DNA of 52,305 nucleotides, the filler included, from Squatina squatina (taxonomy: Eukaryota), in the NCBI GenBank assembly GCA_031763465.1. It is 3 parts of 3 records of this genome, joined end to end, with 100 filler letters (N's around TTAATTAATTAA, not from the genome) between each part and the next. Parts side by side here need not be neighbours in the genome. Positions count along the whole stretch, not along the records: positions 35,548 to 52,305 come from JARFOE010000036.1; 2 more parts are not named here. One strand, 5' to 3'. The notes under the pieces are model-generated. The model did not search any database, was not told the DNA's origin, and saw nothing but the letters and a program-made list of their open reading frames with translations. The position numbers and the translations under genes are program-made. Shown here one piece after another: positions 49,559-52,305 of the stretch (the first letter of the stretch is position 1; each line of letters begins with the position of its first letter).

Positions 49559-50241
49559 GTATGTCTTTCTGAGCCTTTTTATATTTCTAAAAATAAAAAA
49601 ATACGCGCATTCAAAAAAAATAATAAAATCACTGTTTTGCGTTTCAGGTACGTAACTCCATGAGCTTTAAGCAAATAAATTATTACTGGTAAAATTATAA
49701 ATAACCTACTGAGTCTTTCTGTGCTCGAGTGTGTGGCTGTTTTATTAATTGTGTCTGTTCATGTGGAACATTCCACCGATATTAATCTGGTTGGGGATTC
49801 AGGGGGAAAATAGCCTCATTTGTAATTAATCGTCTGCTATTCACAAAATGTTCACAAAATGGGGAGAAATGAGTTCGCTGAGTTATACCTTCTGTAGTGC
49901 TGCCTGTTTGGGTCTCCCTTGGTTCTGGCACAATGATGGCATCGATTTGTTTTAGAGATTTTTTAATTCTAATATGTTAACCGCCATCAGCACTGGAGAA
50001 TCAAAGTTAGTTTACTTTTTAGCTCCCAGGTCAGGTACACTGTAGCTGAGAGGCAAAGTAAAAATCTGTATATACATTCCCATCGAACACTCTCAGGGCA
50101 GGTACAGCACGGGTTAGATACAGAGTAAAGCTCCCTCTACANNNNNNNNNNNNNNNNNNNNNNNNNNNNNNNNNNNNNNNNNNNNNNNNNNNNNNNNNNN
50201 NNNNNNNNNNNNNNNNNNNNNNNNNNNNNNNNNNNNNNNNN

Positions 50242-50740
50242 TCACTAAGGATGTTATTGCCCTTGAGAGGTAGCGAGGGGAGACAAAAAGGATGATTTCC
50301 AGGTATCAGGAATTAAATTAAGAGGAAAAGACATAGAGGTTGGGCTTGATATCTTCAGAAAAGAGGAGACTTTGAGGTGACATAATTGAAGATTTCAAGG
50401 GTATGAAAAGAACTGACAACATTAATTCGACTAAATTGTCTGTGATGGTGAAAGGCTCGAATCCCAGGGGACACGAGTTACAAAATGAGGAAGTTAGGAA
50501 CCAGAGGGGAAGTCGATGGGAAACTTTTTCACCCAAAGTGTAACAGAGTTGTGAAAAAAAAGTGAATAAAGGAAGGACATTGCCGCAGGCATTACAGACG
50601 GGCCCTAGAAACAATTGGAATTATTGAGAGAGCGAGAAGGGATTGAGGGATGTGGTGGGAAGGATGATAGGGGGAATTTATCAAAAAAGGGACAGGATTT
50701 AAGGCTTTAATAGCCTGTTCCTGTTCATAAAAATTCTATA
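50242..50740 (+). mobile_element. Degenerate CR1 LINE 3' fragment
   Basis: LGLISSEKRRL*GDIIEDFKGMK-like remnant, aggggacac motif and agcctgttcctgttc tail. Confidence 0.6.
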
Positions 50741-51019
50741 GCTTCCAGAGAGGTGCGACGCAGTTTCAGAGTGGAGGCTTAATCCAGGTGTCAGCGTCAA
50801 TTGCATATTGGCAGCACAGGCCAATGATTACACTGACACATGGGTGAAATATCAAGTGAGGTTGCTGGTAAGAGACAGCAGCTCCATCAGCATTTGAAAA
50901 GGGAAAAGGCAGGATCGCATCTCGGGTGGGGATTCCTTTGCCACAAGGAACTTGTCTCCCACCCGAGGTGGCGACCTGTTTTTCCCTTCCCCTCTCTTTC
51001 TGGGCCTCCCAGGGAATAC

Positions 51020-51270
51020 TTGAATCTTACAGCACAGAAGGAGGCCATTGGGCCCATCGTGCCCGTGCCAGCTCTTTGAAAGAGCGACCCAATTANNNNN
51101 NNNNNGTCCTTCTGAGTAGCTACCCATCTCCCTTCGGAAAGTTACGATTGAATCTGCTTCCACCGCCCTTTCGGGCAGCGCGTTCCAGATCACAACTCGC
51201 TGCGTAAATAAGATATCTCCTCTTCTCCCCCCTCATTCTTTCGCTCATTATCTTAAATCTGTGTCCACTG
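51020..51270 (-). mobile_element. CR1 LINE 3' end
   Basis: acagcacagaaggaggccattgggcccatcgtgcccgtgccagctc; minus-strand translation IWNALPERAVEADSIVTFRREMG is CR1-type. Confidence 0.8.
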
Positions 51271-52305
51271 GCAGGACGGTGTAAATGCAGTGTGACCATC
51301 ATTCATAGGCCATTTCTATTCTAAATGTGGATATAGGAATTTATAATGTAATATATAAAGGACAGAACGTATTGTGACTGAATCATGGCTGCATGCCCTG
51401 AAGGCCGTGCTTGGGCTCGGATTTCCCTCAGTGCTGCTCCCACTTGGCCTCCGTAATTCCCCCGGAAGTGCAGCGGGAATCCCATTTGCGCGCCAAAACG
51501 TGGTGCCCGCCCTACTTCCAGCAAAGTTGTGGCGGTAGAACTTCTCTCCCCCATCCCCAGTGCCAGACGGACGGTTGACTTGTTCCATCAGGACGATGGC
51601 GGAGGAGCTATCTGGGGTGACCCCCAGCACTCGCTGAGTTTCATACTACGACGGTGCCTGAAGGTCACGTTTGNNNNNNNNNNNNNNNNNNNNNNNNNNN
51701 NNNNNNNNNNNNNNNNNNNNNNNNNNNNNNNNNNNNNNNNNNNNNNNNNNNNNNNNNNNNNNNNNNNNNNNNNTGTCTCAACCTGCTAACCATTGGGAGC
51801 TGAATCTGCGATACAGAAATAGGCCGAGTGGGGTTAAGACTCTGGAAGAGCGAGAGGTACTCAGTTCTGATATCTTAATCGGAAATCCTGGGCCAGAGAC
51901 AAAGGGGAAAAAAAAGACACTTGCAAGCAGTGTTGTTGTATTGGACAATTGATTCGATGGTGAGGTAGAATAGTGCCGTAGATTAATATTGATGAACCCA
52001 ATGTTCCCTGGCTCTGAACAGAACTTACTCAATCATACATTTTAGCCATTAGTAGATGGTTTGGTTTGAACCATTTTAAGAAGCTGTTCTTGTAGTTTTA
52101 ACCTTTGGATCCTTGAGAGAATGACGTAAAGTCAATGCTCTGGGAATGTGCGAGTCAGAGACTGACTGGGCAGTCAATCGCAATTTTATTTTGAACTCCA
52201 ACATGCACTGATCAGTAATAAAACCCTTTCTAATGAGGTTCATTCACTTCAATGCAGCTCATTCAGCTCTCATTTATCAGGAGAGTGACAGGGGACCCTC
52301 TGCAC

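Overview
Eukaryotic DNA, most likely from a shark or other chondrichthyan (inferred from the repeat content: Deu-domain SacSINE1-like SINEs, a second tRNA-derived SINE, CR1 and L2 LINE tails, Penelope RT, Harbinger Myb/SANT remnants). The assembly is fragmented: short contigs are joined by 100-N and 10-N gaps, and two artificial N44-TTAATTAATTAA-N44 spacers (21971-22070, 35448-35547) split the window into three unrelated scaffolds. Scaffold A (1-21970) has no recognisable coding exon; it holds repeats and a 2.1-kb 15/16-bp minisatellite. Scaffold B (22071-35447) carries six minus-strand exons of a laminin alpha chain, most likely LAMA2. One is a 282-bp frame-preserving exon that I do not recall in the canonical LAMA2 protein; it encodes an atypical LE module with a 35-residue insertion. 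Scaffold C (35548-52305) has the last coding exon of an EPHX4/EPHX3-type epoxide hydrolase, exons from at least two (probably three) ADGRE/CD97-like adhesion GPCR paralogues, an unidentified proline-rich exon, two minisatellites and many TE fragments. No prokaryotic genes, CRISPR arrays, rRNA or bona fide tRNA genes were seen. Nearly all supplied ORFs are artefacts of N-runs or repeats. Homology calls come from motif recognition and memory, not database searches.
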